A stretch of DNA of 64,000 nt, taken from the NCBI GenBank assembly GCA_965233585.1, contig CBDDTI010000747.1:608001-672000 (forward strand). The letters run 5' to 3'. Under the pieces are notes generated by a model. It was not told where the DNA came from. It saw nothing but the letters and a program-made list of their open reading frames with translations, and did no database searches. The position numbers and the translations under genes were made by a program. The DNA comes from a bacterium. GTDB lineage: Bacteria > SAR324 > NAC60-12. Below are positions 18,149 through 27,908 of this stretch, piece after piece (positions within the stretch are counted from its first letter, which is position 1; the number at the start of each line of letters is the position of its first letter).

Positions 18149-18798
18149 GATTGAACCCAGTTTTGAATGTCTTGTATTTCTTCAGAGCAGACTTCGTGTG
18201 CCATGGCATACTCACGCCACTGTAATTTTGCCCCCAAGCCTTCTAAGACCTGCCTTGATTCGTCAGCAATGTCATAGGGAATGACTGTGTCTTGTGTGCC
18301 ATGAGTCATCAAGATAGGCGTTTCAAGACCTTGTTTTTCAGGCATTTGTTTAGGTTTGGGAAAGTAGGTTGAAAGTGCCAGCACCCCTCCAAGTTTGACA
18401 GGATAAAACAACGAGGTATAGAGTGCGATTAATCCACCTTGTGAAAACCCACCAATGATGATGTTCTCAGACTTGATTCCTGATTCCAGCTCTTGTTGAA
18501 TGAACTTTTGAATGTGCTGACTTGATTTTTGGATTCCCTCAGCATCCACACGACTTGAACGTTCCAGAGAGACAATGTTAAACCAAGAAGGAACGGTTGC
18601 ACCACCACAGATGGTCACAGGTTGCTTGGGGGCATGTGGAAAGATAAAACGAATGGCAAGGTTGGGAATCTGCAAGTATTGAGGAAAGTCCTGAAAATCA
18701 TGCCCACTTGCACCTAAACCGTGCATGAAAATGAGGCTGACTTGAGCAGGTTCTTTAGGTTCGTACTTCAGACAATCTAAAGTTTGGGAGTCGTTCAT
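18133..18798 (-). CDS. Phospholipase/carboxylesterase (abhydrolase_2)
   Basis: HGLGASG, PHAP, GFSQGG, HGTQD, AHEV; ATG 18798 preferred because upstream extension is repeat DNA. Confidence 0.9.
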   Translation of the reverse strand: MNDSQTLDCLKYEPKEPAQVSLIFMHGLGASGHDFQDFPQYLQIPNLAIRFIFPHAPKQPVTICGGATVPSWFNIVSLERSSRVDAEGIQKSSQHIQKFIQQELESGIKSENIIIGGFSQGGLIALYTSLFYPVKLGGVLALSTYFPKPKQMPEKQGLETPILMTHGTQDTVIPYDIADESRQVLEGLGAKLQWREYAMAHEVCSEEIQDIQNWVQSCFTS

Positions 18799-18810
18799 CG
18801 TTTTTTTAAG

Positions 18811-18966
18811 GTGATGTGATGTGTTGAAATTCAGAAAAGAAGCATAAAACTTTATTTTCATCAAAAAGTTGAAATTCAGAAAAGAAGTATAACGTTTCAT
18901 TTTTATCAAAATAGTGATGTGATGAGATTCAGAAAAGAAGTCTAACGTTTTATTTTAATAAAAATA
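18811..18966. repeat. Three degenerate ~45-bp intergenic direct repeats
   Basis: attcagaaaagaag core three times, each followed by an AT-rich tail; gtgatgtgatg twice. Confidence 0.8.
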
Positions 18967-18989
18967 AAGATTGATTGAAACAAAAAGAG

Positions 18990-20768
18990 TTATTGATTTG
19001 AATCGTTTCGCCAGTCTATACGTTCTGCAATTTCTTTTTGAATCTGTTTTAAAAAGAGGTCAGCAGAAATTAATTGTTGTTCTTTTGAACCATAACGTTT
19101 CCATGAGACGTTCTGCAATTTTTGTTCTTCTTCTCCCACGATTAAAAGATTGGGAGTTTTAGACATGGCACCATTGCGGATTTTTTTGCCAAATGAATCA
19201 TTGGAGTCATCAACTTCTACACGAATGAATTGGGACATCAGCATCTTTTTGAGGTTGAAGGCATAGTCGTGAAAAGATGGGGCAACAGGAATAATCAACA
19301 CTTGTGTTGGAGCAAGCCAAGTCGGGAACGCCCCCCCGTAATGTTCAATTAAAAAAGAGCAAAACCTTTCATGCGTGCCAAGAGGGGCGCGGTGGATAAT
19401 AAAGGGCTGATGCGGTTCACCATCTTCTCCGACATAAGAAAGCCCAAAACGTTCGGACATGATGAGGTCAAGTTGATTGGTAGATGCAGTTTCTTCACGC
19501 CCTACGACATTACGCACTTGGAAGTCAATTTTTGGTCCATAAAACGCAGCTTCTCCTCGTTCTGCCTGATACGGCAGTCCGCATTCTTCCATTGCCTCAA
19601 TGACCACTTGTTCTGCTTGTTTCCAAAGTTCAGGCTGGTTGACATATTTTGCAGAGTCTTCCTCGCTCAACGAAAGTCTCATCCAAAAATCAGAAAGTCC
19701 AAAAACTTGATAATATTCAATGTGCATATTGATCACATCAATAAATTCCTGCTTCACTTGTTCTGGGGTGCAATAGATATGGGCATCATTCATGGTCATA
19801 CCACGCACTCGCAACAGCCCTGCCAATTCTCCTGATTTTTCGTAGCGGTAGCATCTGCCATACTCTGCAAATCTGACAGGTAAATCGCGATAGCTATGAG
19901 GTTGGGACTTGAACAATAGATGATGATGCGGGCAATTCATTGGTGTTAAATAAAAAGACTCGCCTTCTTCTGTTTGCATGGGTGGGAACATGCTGTCTGC
20001 ATAATATGGCAAATGTCCTGAACGCAAGTAAAGCTCTTCTTTTGTAATTTCAGGAGTGACGACTCTTTGGTAACCTGCTATAAATTCTTTTTCTTTGGCA
20101 AGTTTTTCAATTTCTTCGCGGATAACTGTTCCGTTAGGCGCCCACATGGGCAATCCTTTTCCAGCAGTTTCATCAATGACAAAAAAGTGCATGGTTTTAT
20201 TGAGCTTGCGGTGGTCTCGCTCCATAGCCAGCTTGCGGTTGCGTTTGAACTGGACTAATTCCTCATTGGTTTGGAACGCCAGCCCATAAACTCGCTGAAG
20301 CATCTTATTTTTCTCTGACCCTCGCCAATACGCCCCTGCAAGAGAATCCAACGCAAACGCATCAATGGGAATCTTGCCCGTATGTTCCACATGTCCCCCA
20401 CGACACATGTCCCAAAATTCATCATTCCAGTATAGCGTCCAATTTGTCTCCCCTTGTTCTTTTAGACTTTCAGCATACTCTGACTTATAAATCTGCCCTG
20501 AACTTTTCAGCTTGTCTTGCAAGGTTTCATAAGACATCTGTTCACATTCAAAAGTTTGCTTAGCACGAATAATCCTTTTCATGCGTTTTTCAAGGTCTTT
20601 TAAATCTTCCGGGACTAGTGGCGTCTCTTCATCAAAATCAAAATCGTAATAAAAGCCTGTTTCAATGGCAGGACCAAATGCCAACTTGGCTTTGGGTCTA
20701 ATTTGTAAAACGGCTTGAGCCAAAACATGAGCGAGTGAGTGACGAATATATTGAAGTTGTTGGTTCAT
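18990..20768 (-). CDS. thrS: Threonyl-tRNA synthetase (lacks N-terminal TGS domain)
   Basis: RHSLAHVLAQAV, DMCRGGH, AGAYWRG, RDHRKL, PMNCPHH, FYGPKID. Confidence 0.97.
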   Translation of the reverse strand: MNQQLQYIRHSLAHVLAQAVLQIRPKAKLAFGPAIETGFYYDFDFDEETPLVPEDLKDLEKRMKRIIRAKQTFECEQMSYETLQDKLKSSGQIYKSEYAESLKEQGETNWTLYWNDEFWDMCRGGHVEHTGKIPIDAFALDSLAGAYWRGSEKNKMLQRVYGLAFQTNEELVQFKRNRKLAMERDHRKLNKTMHFFVIDETAGKGLPMWAPNGTVIREEIEKLAKEKEFIAGYQRVVTPEITKEELYLRSGHLPYYADSMFPPMQTEEGESFYLTPMNCPHHHLLFKSQPHSYRDLPVRFAEYGRCYRYEKSGELAGLLRVRGMTMNDAHIYCTPEQVKQEFIDVINMHIEYYQVFGLSDFWMRLSLSEEDSAKYVNQPELWKQAEQVVIEAMEECGLPYQAERGEAAFYGPKIDFQVRNVVGREETASTNQLDLIMSERFGLSYVGEDGEPHQPFIIHRAPLGTHERFCSFLIEHYGGAFPTWLAPTQVLIIPVAPSFHDYAFNLKKMLMSQFIRVEVDDSNDSFGKKIRNGAMSKTPNLLIVGEEEQKLQNVSWKRYGSKEQQLISADLFLKQIQKEIAERIDWRNDSNQ

Positions 20769-20801
20769 AGCTGAAATTGATTGAAGTTGATTGAAATTGA
20801 C

Positions 20802-22112
20802 TTAAAAAGAGTTTTCTGAAAAAAGGTTTACTGTTCCTATTGTTTGGAGCAAGTTTTGATAAAAACGGAGCATCGCCTCATACTCTTCAAGTGTGATGTA
20901 TTCGTCAACCCCGTGAAGCTGTGCCAGACGTTTTTGATGAAAAGTGATGGGAATGAAACGATAAATTGCATCGCTGATGTCCATGTAGTGCCTTGAATCT
21001 GTTGAGGCAGGAGTGATCCAGGGAACAAGAATCATTTTTTGATGAAAAGTATTTTGAATGACTTGACCCAATTTGGCAAGTACACCTTGCTTCGTGACTT
21101 GAGCCAGTTGCGTTGTAAAATCAGGAGTCTGCTGAAAATTTTCAAAACTATCATTCCATACAACATGATGATGTTTCAGATATTTGGCAATTTGTGTCCT
21201 GATTTGTTTTTTGGGAGTTGCAGGATAGCCCCTGATTTGCAATGTAATCTGTGCTTGTGATGGATTCATGGAGTGAATGGATTGAATCTTGATAGAGCTG
21301 GTGAGTATGGTCTTCATCAAATCATCATAACGAGCCAAAGGGGCGATTATTTTAGATAAGACTTGAGGGATTCCTTGTTGAGTTAAAAATGTTTCAACCA
21401 CTTCAAAATGAAAGGGGAATTTGACACGTTGCAATTCATTTAAGACCTGCAAGGTTTGTGAATGTTGTGATAATGCGGAATGTCCTTGTTGCTTGAAATG
21501 AAGTTTGAGGTTGATTTGCCAGATGTTTCGTTCTGTGATTCCAATCAAGGCAAATTGTTTGACCCCCAAAGGCAGAGGATTGTTGACAAATCCGCCACCT
21601 TCATCAAAAACTGCATCAAGGCGAATGCCCTGTAACTTCAAAAAATTTGCCATTTGTCTAGCACCATTGAAACCCCCTGACTCTTCATCAGCACCAAAAG
21701 CAAAGAATAAAGTATTTTGAGGTTGGAAGTTTTTTTGTAGAAGTGCCTCAATGCCTTCTAAAATGGCAAGCATGGCAGATTTGTTGTCAATCGCTCCCCT
21801 TCCAAAAATCTTTCCTTGCTTGATGACTCCACCAAAAGGGGGGTCGTTCCAATCGTCAGCATTGGCAGGAAAAATATCTTGATGGGTACTCAAAAGAAAC
21901 CGATGAGGTTCTGACAACTGACCTTGCCAAGTCAGTAAAAAACTCTTGCCAAATTGCTTGAACGTTAAACTTTTGAAAGTTTGTGGAAATTCATTTTGTA
22001 AAAAACGGAAAGAATCAACAAAAGCAGGACTGTTGAAGGTGGTTGGGAATTGTAAAAAACGAGACAAACGTTGGGCTTCTTCAAAAGGCTTTGCTTGGCA
22101 GAGAGAGGACAA
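20802..22112 (-). CDS. M20-family peptidase/amidohydrolase; start uncertain
   Basis: THQD, GRGAIDNK, DEE, DEGG, TDSRHY, HGVDE. Confidence 0.85.
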   Translation of the reverse strand: MSSLCQAKPFEEAQRLSRFLQFPTTFNSPAFVDSFRFLQNEFPQTFKSLTFKQFGKSFLLTWQGQLSEPHRFLLSTHQDIFPANADDWNDPPFGGVIKQGKIFGRGAIDNKSAMLAILEGIEALLQKNFQPQNTLFFAFGADEESGGFNGARQMANFLKLQGIRLDAVFDEGGGFVNNPLPLGVKQFALIGITERNIWQINLKLHFKQQGHSALSQHSQTLQVLNELQRVKFPFHFEVVETFLTQQGIPQVLSKIIAPLARYDDLMKTILTSSIKIQSIHSMNPSQAQITLQIRGYPATPKKQIRTQIAKYLKHHHVVWNDSFENFQQTPDFTTQLAQVTKQGVLAKLGQVIQNTFHQKMILVPWITPASTDSRHYMDISDAIYRFIPITFHQKRLAQLHGVDEYITLEEYEAMLRFYQNLLQTIGTVNLFSENSF

Positions 22113-22299
22113 GATGAAGAAAGAGAGTAGGCTGTACTTTGCAACTACGAAAGAAAGTGAAAACCCAAATAAATGATTGAAGGATTGATGAACTTGGGTC
22201 AGAGTCAGTGAGGATTGTTGAGGAGTGAAGGAAGTTTTTGAGAGACAACTTGCGACAAAGTAGTCTTCTTCAAAATGAACATCTACAATTTCAAAATTG

Positions 22300-22869
22300 C
22301 TAGATTGTCAGAATTTCTTGTTCTTTTTCAGCAATCAAGTCAGACACTTTTTCAATAGCTTGGTCTGTCATTTTTTGGATTTCGTTGCGTGCTTGCTTCA
22401 AGTCATCTTCAGAGATGGCTTTGTTCTTTTCTAACTGCTTTGCCTCGTCATTGGCATCGCGTCTGATATTCCTGATGGCGACTTTATGTTCTTCGCCTAT
22501 CTGACGCACTTGTTTTGCTAGTTCTTGACGTCTTTCTTCAGTTAAAGAAGGAATGGTTAGTCTGACGACATTGCCATCATTAGAGACAGCACCGCCCAAG
22601 TTTAGCTTTTGGATGCTTCTTTCAATTTCTTTGATCGCTCCCTTGTCCCAAGGATTGACGACTAACAGCTGAGCCTCGGGTGCTGTAATTGCCCCAACTT
22701 GTAGCATGGGAGTCATTTGTCCGTAATATGAAACTTTGACATTTTCCATCATGGCAGGAGAGGCTTGACCTCCTCTGACACCAATTAAATGTTTAGTGAG
22801 ACTTTGCAAAGCCCCGTCCATCTTGCTTGAGGCACTTTCGTAAACGTCTTGTAATGTTGCGCTAGTCAT
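22300..22869 (-). CDS. frr: Ribosome recycling factor
   Basis: VRGGQASP, PWDK, LTEERRQEL, VAIRNIRRDAN. Confidence 0.97.
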   Translation of the reverse strand: MTSATLQDVYESASSKMDGALQSLTKHLIGVRGGQASPAMMENVKVSYYGQMTPMLQVGAITAPEAQLLVVNPWDKGAIKEIERSIQKLNLGGAVSNDGNVVRLTIPSLTEERRQELAKQVRQIGEEHKVAIRNIRRDANDEAKQLEKNKAISEDDLKQARNEIQKMTDQAIEKVSDLIAEKEQEILTI

Positions 22870-23600
22870 AATTTGTTTTGGGAACTGATGAGCGTGCCGA
22901 CATTTTCCCCACAAACTGCTTTGACGAGGGTGTCAGGGGAATTGATATTGACAACCATAATTGGAACATCATTGTCTTGACCAAAGCCGATAGAAGTAGA
23001 ATCCATCACACGCAAATTTTGTGTTAACATTTGGTTATAAGAAAGGCAAGAATACCTCAGGGCGTTTTCATGCACCATTGGGTCTTTGTCATACACACCA
23101 TCAATTTTAGTGGCTTTGATGACGATGTCTGCACCAACTTCTCTAGCACGAAACAATGCGGCAGAGTCTGTTGTAATGCCTGTTTGACCACAACCTGCAG
23201 CAAAGATGACCACACGTCCTTTTTCTAAATGACGAATAGCTCTGCGTTGGATGTAAGGCTCTGCCACTGCATTTGCCTCTATTCCAGACATGACACGTGT
23301 TTTAATCCCGTTGTTTTCCAAAAACTGTTGGAGTAAAAGGCTGTTCATCATTGTTGCCAGCATGCCAATATGGTCTCCTGCAACCCCTTGAATCCCGTAA
23401 TAGTCTATGAATTTTTGACTTCCACGAAAAACATTGCCTCCACCTACAACGATGCCGACTTCCATTGCCTCAAGCTGATAAACAGAGATGATGGCATGTG
23501 TTACAGAATCAAAAGCCTCTTTGTCAAAACCAAACCCTCCGTCACCACTCAGCATCTCCCCACTTAGTTTGAGTATAATCCTTTTGTATTGAGCCTTCAT
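22866..23600 (-). CDS. pyrH: UMP kinase
   Basis: KLSGE, VGGGNVFRG, GMLATMMN, TTDSAA, DGVYDKDP. Confidence 0.97.
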   Translation of the reverse strand: MKAQYKRIILKLSGEMLSGDGGFGFDKEAFDSVTHAIISVYQLEAMEVGIVVGGGNVFRGSQKFIDYYGIQGVAGDHIGMLATMMNSLLLQQFLENNGIKTRVMSGIEANAVAEPYIQRRAIRHLEKGRVVIFAAGCGQTGITTDSAALFRAREVGADIVIKATKIDGVYDKDPMVHENALRYSCLSYNQMLTQNLRVMDSTSIGFGQDNDVPIMVVNINSPDTLVKAVCGENVGTLISSQNKL

Positions 23601-23627
23601 AGCAAAGAATTTGTGTCAAAAACTGGA

Positions 23628-25583
23628 TTAGAATTGTAACTTTGCAAATTGTTGAAGTGTGATTTGAGTGCCAAGTTCTTTGGAAGTGTCTTTGAGAAGT
23701 TGCTCAATCGTTTGGTCTGGGTTTTTGACAAATGGTTGTTTCAAAACACAAACTTCGTTCAGGAATTTTTTAAGACGTCCTGCGACCATTTTCTCAATGA
23801 TTTCGGGAGGCTTACCAGATTCTTGAGCTTGGGCAATAAAGATTTCTTTCTCTTTTTCAATCAATGCGGGATTGATTTCGTCAGGAGAGATAGATTCTGC
23901 AGGAGTCGCAGCAACGTGCATGGCAATATCTTTGGCAACTGCAGAAAGACGGGCTTGGTCGCATTCCCCCTTTGTTGCAAGGGCAATCAGTACACCAATT
24001 TTGCCAGTTGTATGCAGATACCCACCAATGACCCCTTGTTCTACTGAGACTTGCTTGGCGTCTAAAAATTGAACATTCTCACCAAGAGTGGCAATAGAAT
24101 CATTCAAAATCTCTTGGACTGTTTTGTCTGTGCTGACTTTTTGGTCTGCGAAGTCAGCAACCCCGTTGATTTGAGCATGCTTGCTGAGAGTTTGAAGTAA
24201 TTCTAAAAATTGCTCGTTCTTTGCTACAAAATCAGTTTCGCATGCAATTTGAACAAGTGCGGCACTAGTTTGTGAGTCATTGAAAGAAAGACCTATTCCT
24301 CCATCTTTGGTTTCTCGGTCAGATTTTTTGAGGGCTTTTGCCTGCCCCGTTTTTCTCAGATGCTCTTTGGCAGCCTCTAAATCACCCCCAACTTCTTGCA
24401 ATGCTTTTTTACACTCCATCATGCCAGCACCGCTGGCCTCCCTGAGTTCTTTGACTAATTTAGCATTGATCTTTCCGTCTGATTGATTTTCCATTGGTTT
24501 GGTAGTTTTTTCGGGTTCAGGGGTTGTGTCTGCTGGAGCGGCGGCTTTGCTAGCTTCTTTCTTATCTTTTTGGGAAGTAGCTTTGTCGGTCTCCTTAGTT
24601 GTGTTTGCTTGAGCATCGGCTTTGCCAGTTTCTTTCTTACTTTTCTCTGTCTTCTTTTTGGTGTCTGCTTTTTTTGCTTGTTCAGGAACGTTTTCTACTG
24701 AAGGCGAATCAGGGGCGTTGACCTGAACGTTTTCTTTTTGAGACTTGGCTTGAGATGCCTTTTTTTCTTCAATCTGTAAACGTTCTTCTCTCAATGCCTT
24801 ACCTTCTGAAGGCGAATCAGGGGCGTTGACCTGAACGTTTTCTTTTTGAGACTTGGCTTGAGATGCCTTTTTTTCTTCAATCTGTAAACGTTCTTCTCTC
24901 AGCGCCTTACCTTCTTTCACTGCAAGGCACAGAGTTTCTACAAAAAGCCTAATAGAGCGAATAGAATCATCATTGCCCGGTATCATCATAAAAAGGTCAT
25001 CAGGGTCAGAGTTAGTGTCAGCAATTCCAAGCACAGGAATTGAAAGTTTTTGGGCTTCACTAATAGCAAGATGTTCATGGTTACAATCAATGACAAAAAT
25101 GGCAGAAGGGAATTTTGTCATGTTGCGAATCCCCCCAAGCGATTGTTCTAACTTTTGACGTTTGCGATGGATTTGAAGAGCTTCTTTCTTCAGCAAAGAA
25201 GGGTAGCTTTCATCATCTCCTGCAAGGCTTTCATATTCCTCCAGCCTTGAGATAGATTGCCTAATCGTTGCAAAGTTAGTCAGCATGCCCCCCAGCCAAC
25301 GATGGCTGACATAGAAAGAGCCACATTCTGTTGCGTATTGTTTGATGATGTCTGACGCTTGCAACTTAGTACCGATGAACAGAACTTCCTTGCCTTCTTC
25401 ACTCAGTTGGCGAATGTATTCATACGCAGATTTGAGTTTTTGTAGGGTGTGTTGGAGATTGATGATGTGAATCCCCTGTTTTTCCCCATAGATGTAAGGA
25501 GCCATTTTAGGATTCCACCTTTGAGTTTGATGCCCGAAGTGGACACTTGCTTCCACGAAGCTCTGAAGAGAAATATTTGTCAT
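23628..25583 (-). CDS. rpsB: Fused 30S ribosomal protein S2 / elongation factor Ts (rpsB-tsf)
   Basis: S2 motifs HFGH..RWNPKM, RWLGGMLTN, PGNDD; charged linker; EF-Ts motifs VKELREASGAGMMECKKAL, CETDFVAKN, DIAMHVAA; no stop between. Confidence 0.93.
   Translation of the reverse strand: MTNISLQSFVEASVHFGHQTQRWNPKMAPYIYGEKQGIHIINLQHTLQKLKSAYEYIRQLSEEGKEVLFIGTKLQASDIIKQYATECGSFYVSHRWLGGMLTNFATIRQSISRLEEYESLAGDDESYPSLLKKEALQIHRKRQKLEQSLGGIRNMTKFPSAIFVIDCNHEHLAISEAQKLSIPVLGIADTNSDPDDLFMMIPGNDDSIRSIRLFVETLCLAVKEGKALREERLQIEEKKASQAKSQKENVQVNAPDSPSEGKALREERLQIEEKKASQAKSQKENVQVNAPDSPSVENVPEQAKKADTKKKTEKSKKETGKADAQANTTKETDKATSQKDKKEASKAAAPADTTPEPEKTTKPMENQSDGKINAKLVKELREASGAGMMECKKALQEVGGDLEAAKEHLRKTGQAKALKKSDRETKDGGIGLSFNDSQTSAALVQIACETDFVAKNEQFLELLQTLSKHAQINGVADFADQKVSTDKTVQEILNDSIATLGENVQFLDAKQVSVEQGVIGGYLHTTGKIGVLIALATKGECDQARLSAVAKDIAMHVAATPAESISPDEINPALIEKEKEIFIAQAQESGKPPEIIEKMVAGRLKKFLNEVCVLKQPFVKNPDQTIEQLLKDTSKELGTQITLQQFAKLQF
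24698..24914 (-). repeat. 108-bp tandem duplication in S2-Ts linker
   Basis: ctgaaggcgaatcaggggcgttgacc at 24698 and 24806; encodes EGKALREERLQIEEKKASQAKSQKENVQVNAPDSPS twice. Confidence 0.95.
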
Positions 25584-25859
25584 GTTCGCTTAAAATGCAG
25601 TGAAACGATTGATTAAAAAATTGAAGGTTTGTCAAAAAGCACCATTCTTCTTGAATAAGAAAACGATACGGTTTCAAACGCAAAACCCGTCATTCTAAAT
25701 GGAAATAAAAACAAAAGCAACTACTTCCTTGTTAAGACAACTTAATGTGAGCATGCTGAGAATAGAATAAAAAAGTATTGATATTCTCTAAAAATTCTTG
25801 CAAGATGCTATGTTTGCAACAAATTTTCAACACTTTTATTTAATGAAGGCAGATTGATA

Positions 25860-26882
25860 ATGAACAATCAGAGTAAAAAAGACAATCAAGACGTTGCTGA
25901 AAAGAAAACGACTTTGCAAGAAATTGAAAAAAAACAGGCTTTGAGCATGTTAGAGCAAATCTTGCTGATTCGTAGATTTGAAGAACGCGCCCAAGAGATG
26001 TACCAACAGCGAAAGATTGGCGGGTTTTGTCATCTTTGCATTGGGCAAGAGGCTACAGTCGTTGGCGTAGCCGCTGCGATTCGTGAAGATGATTTTTTAG
26101 TCACTTCTTATCGCGATCATGGATACGGGCTTTTGCTGGGATTATCACCAGAGCAATGTATGGCAGAGTTATTTGGCAAAGTTGATGGATGCGTGAAAGG
26201 GAGAGGTGGCTCCATGCACTTTTTCAACAAGGACAGAAACTTTTTAGGGGGGCATGGAATCGTTGGCGGGCAAATTCCTGTCGGCACAGGTGCAGGATTT
26301 TATGCAAAATATAAGCAGACTGAACAAGTCAGTCTTGTGTTATTTGGTGATGGTGCAGTGGCAGAGGGGACATTCCATGAATCCCTCAATCTTGCATCTA
26401 TCTGGAATTTACCTTGCGTTTACATCATTGAGAACAATAAGTATGGTATGGGAACAGACATTAGCAGGGTTTCATCAGGGGGGCGATTGTTCCAAAAGGC
26501 TCAAGCATACGGAATGGAAGGTTATGAAATAGATGGAATGGACGTCTTTGAGGTGTACCGAAGGATGTCCCAAATTGTGAAAACATGCCGCGAGACTTCC
26601 CGACCTGTGCTTGTAGAAATTCACACGTATCGTTTTAGAGGACATTCAGTTTCTGATGCCGCAACTTACCGCTCCAAAGAGGAACTAGCCAAATACAAAC
26701 AATCAGACCCTGTTTTATTAACCAGAAGTGCTTTGGAAGAGGCAAAATGGTTGACCGAGGCAGAATTTAAAGCGATGGATAAAAAAGTCAGAGAACAAGT
26801 GATGCGTGCCATTGAATTTTCAGAGGCAAGCCCTTTGCCTGACCTTTCTACTTTGCAAGATCAAGTTTATTGTGAGGGATAA
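25860..26882 (+). CDS. pdhA: Pyruvate dehydrogenase E1 alpha
   Basis: GFCHLCIGQEA, YRDHG, GRGGSMH, FGDGA..EG, TYRFRGHS. Confidence 0.95.
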   Translation: MNNQSKKDNQDVAEKKTTLQEIEKKQALSMLEQILLIRRFEERAQEMYQQRKIGGFCHLCIGQEATVVGVAAAIREDDFLVTSYRDHGYGLLLGLSPEQCMAELFGKVDGCVKGRGGSMHFFNKDRNFLGGHGIVGGQIPVGTGAGFYAKYKQTEQVSLVLFGDGAVAEGTFHESLNLASIWNLPCVYIIENNKYGMGTDISRVSSGGRLFQKAQAYGMEGYEIDGMDVFEVYRRMSQIVKTCRETSRPVLVEIHTYRFRGHSVSDAATYRSKEELAKYKQSDPVLLTRSALEEAKWLTEAEFKAMDKKVREQVMRAIEFSEASPLPDLSTLQDQVYCEG

Positions 26883-26886
26883 GTCA

Positions 26887-27870
26887 ATGATGAAAAAAAT
26901 AACAGTGCGCGATGCCATTCGCGAAGCCATGATTGAGGAAATGGAACGAGATGACAATGTCTTTCTTATTGGTGAAGAAGTGGCAGAGTATGATGGGGCT
27001 TACAAAGTTTCAAAGGGAATGCTTGAGCAATTTGGAAGCAGACGTGTTGTGGATACACCCATTGCAGAAAGCGGATTTACGGGGCTTGCAATAGGTGCTG
27101 CGATGGTTGGTCTTAAACCCATCGTTGAGTTTATGAGCTTCAATTTTAGCTTTGTTGCCATGGACCAAATCATCTCTAATGCCGCAAAAATGTATTACAT
27201 GACAGCAGGTCAATACAATGTGCCAATGGTGATGAGAGGGTGCAATGGTTCTGCTGCTCAAGTGTCTTCTCAACACTCTCATTGCCTTGCCGCAAATTTT
27301 TCATATTTCCCGGGCTTGATTGTGATTTCTCCTTCTTCTGCTGAAGACCACAAAGGTTTGCTTAAATCTGCCATTCGCAATCTGAATCCTGTGATTTTTC
27401 TTGAAAATGAAATGCTTTATGGCGTGACTGAAGAAATTCCCAGTGATGAATACCTCATTCCGATTGGCGTTGCAAAAGTGGTGAAGCAGGGGCAAGACGT
27501 CACCGTCATCTCACACAGCAGAATGGTACACGTGGCATCTGATGCTGTGAATCTCTTGGCTCAAGAAGGCATTGATGCCGAATTGATTGATTTGCGGACT
27601 ATCAGACCACTAGACATCAATACCATTGCACAATCTGTCAAGAAGACGAATCGTGTTGTGATTGTTGAGGAGGGATGGCGTTTTTGTGGCATTGGGTCAG
27701 AAATCAGTGACCAAATTTGTAACACATGCTTTGACTATCTTGATGCACCAGTGGCACGAGTCACTTCTACCGATAACCCGATGCCTTATGCAAAAAACTT
27801 AGAACAAGCAACACTTCCTTCTCCAGAAAGAGTGATTCAAGCAGTCAAAGGTATTTGCTACAAAAATTAA
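26887..27870 (+). CDS. pdhB: Pyruvate dehydrogenase E1 beta
   Basis: GEEVAEYDGAYKVS, DTPIAE, QHS, IDLRTIRPLD. Confidence 0.95.
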   Translation: MMKKITVRDAIREAMIEEMERDDNVFLIGEEVAEYDGAYKVSKGMLEQFGSRRVVDTPIAESGFTGLAIGAAMVGLKPIVEFMSFNFSFVAMDQIISNAAKMYYMTAGQYNVPMVMRGCNGSAAQVSSQHSHCLAANFSYFPGLIVISPSSAEDHKGLLKSAIRNLNPVIFLENEMLYGVTEEIPSDEYLIPIGVAKVVKQGQDVTVISHSRMVHVASDAVNLLAQEGIDAELIDLRTIRPLDINTIAQSVKKTNRVVIVEEGWRFCGIGSEISDQICNTCFDYLDAPVARVTSTDNPMPYAKNLEQATLPSPERVIQAVKGICYKN

Positions 27871-27908
27871 ATCCATCTGCTCAAATTTTAAAATAAAAGG
27901 AAGACTTT

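Noticed and set aside
18799..18909. N-terminal extension of the esterase in the ORF track
   Set aside because: Translates the intergenic repeat (YxSFLNFN twice)
18811..18966. Possible mini CRISPR array
   Set aside because: Repeats are degenerate and abut with no unique spacers; no cas genes
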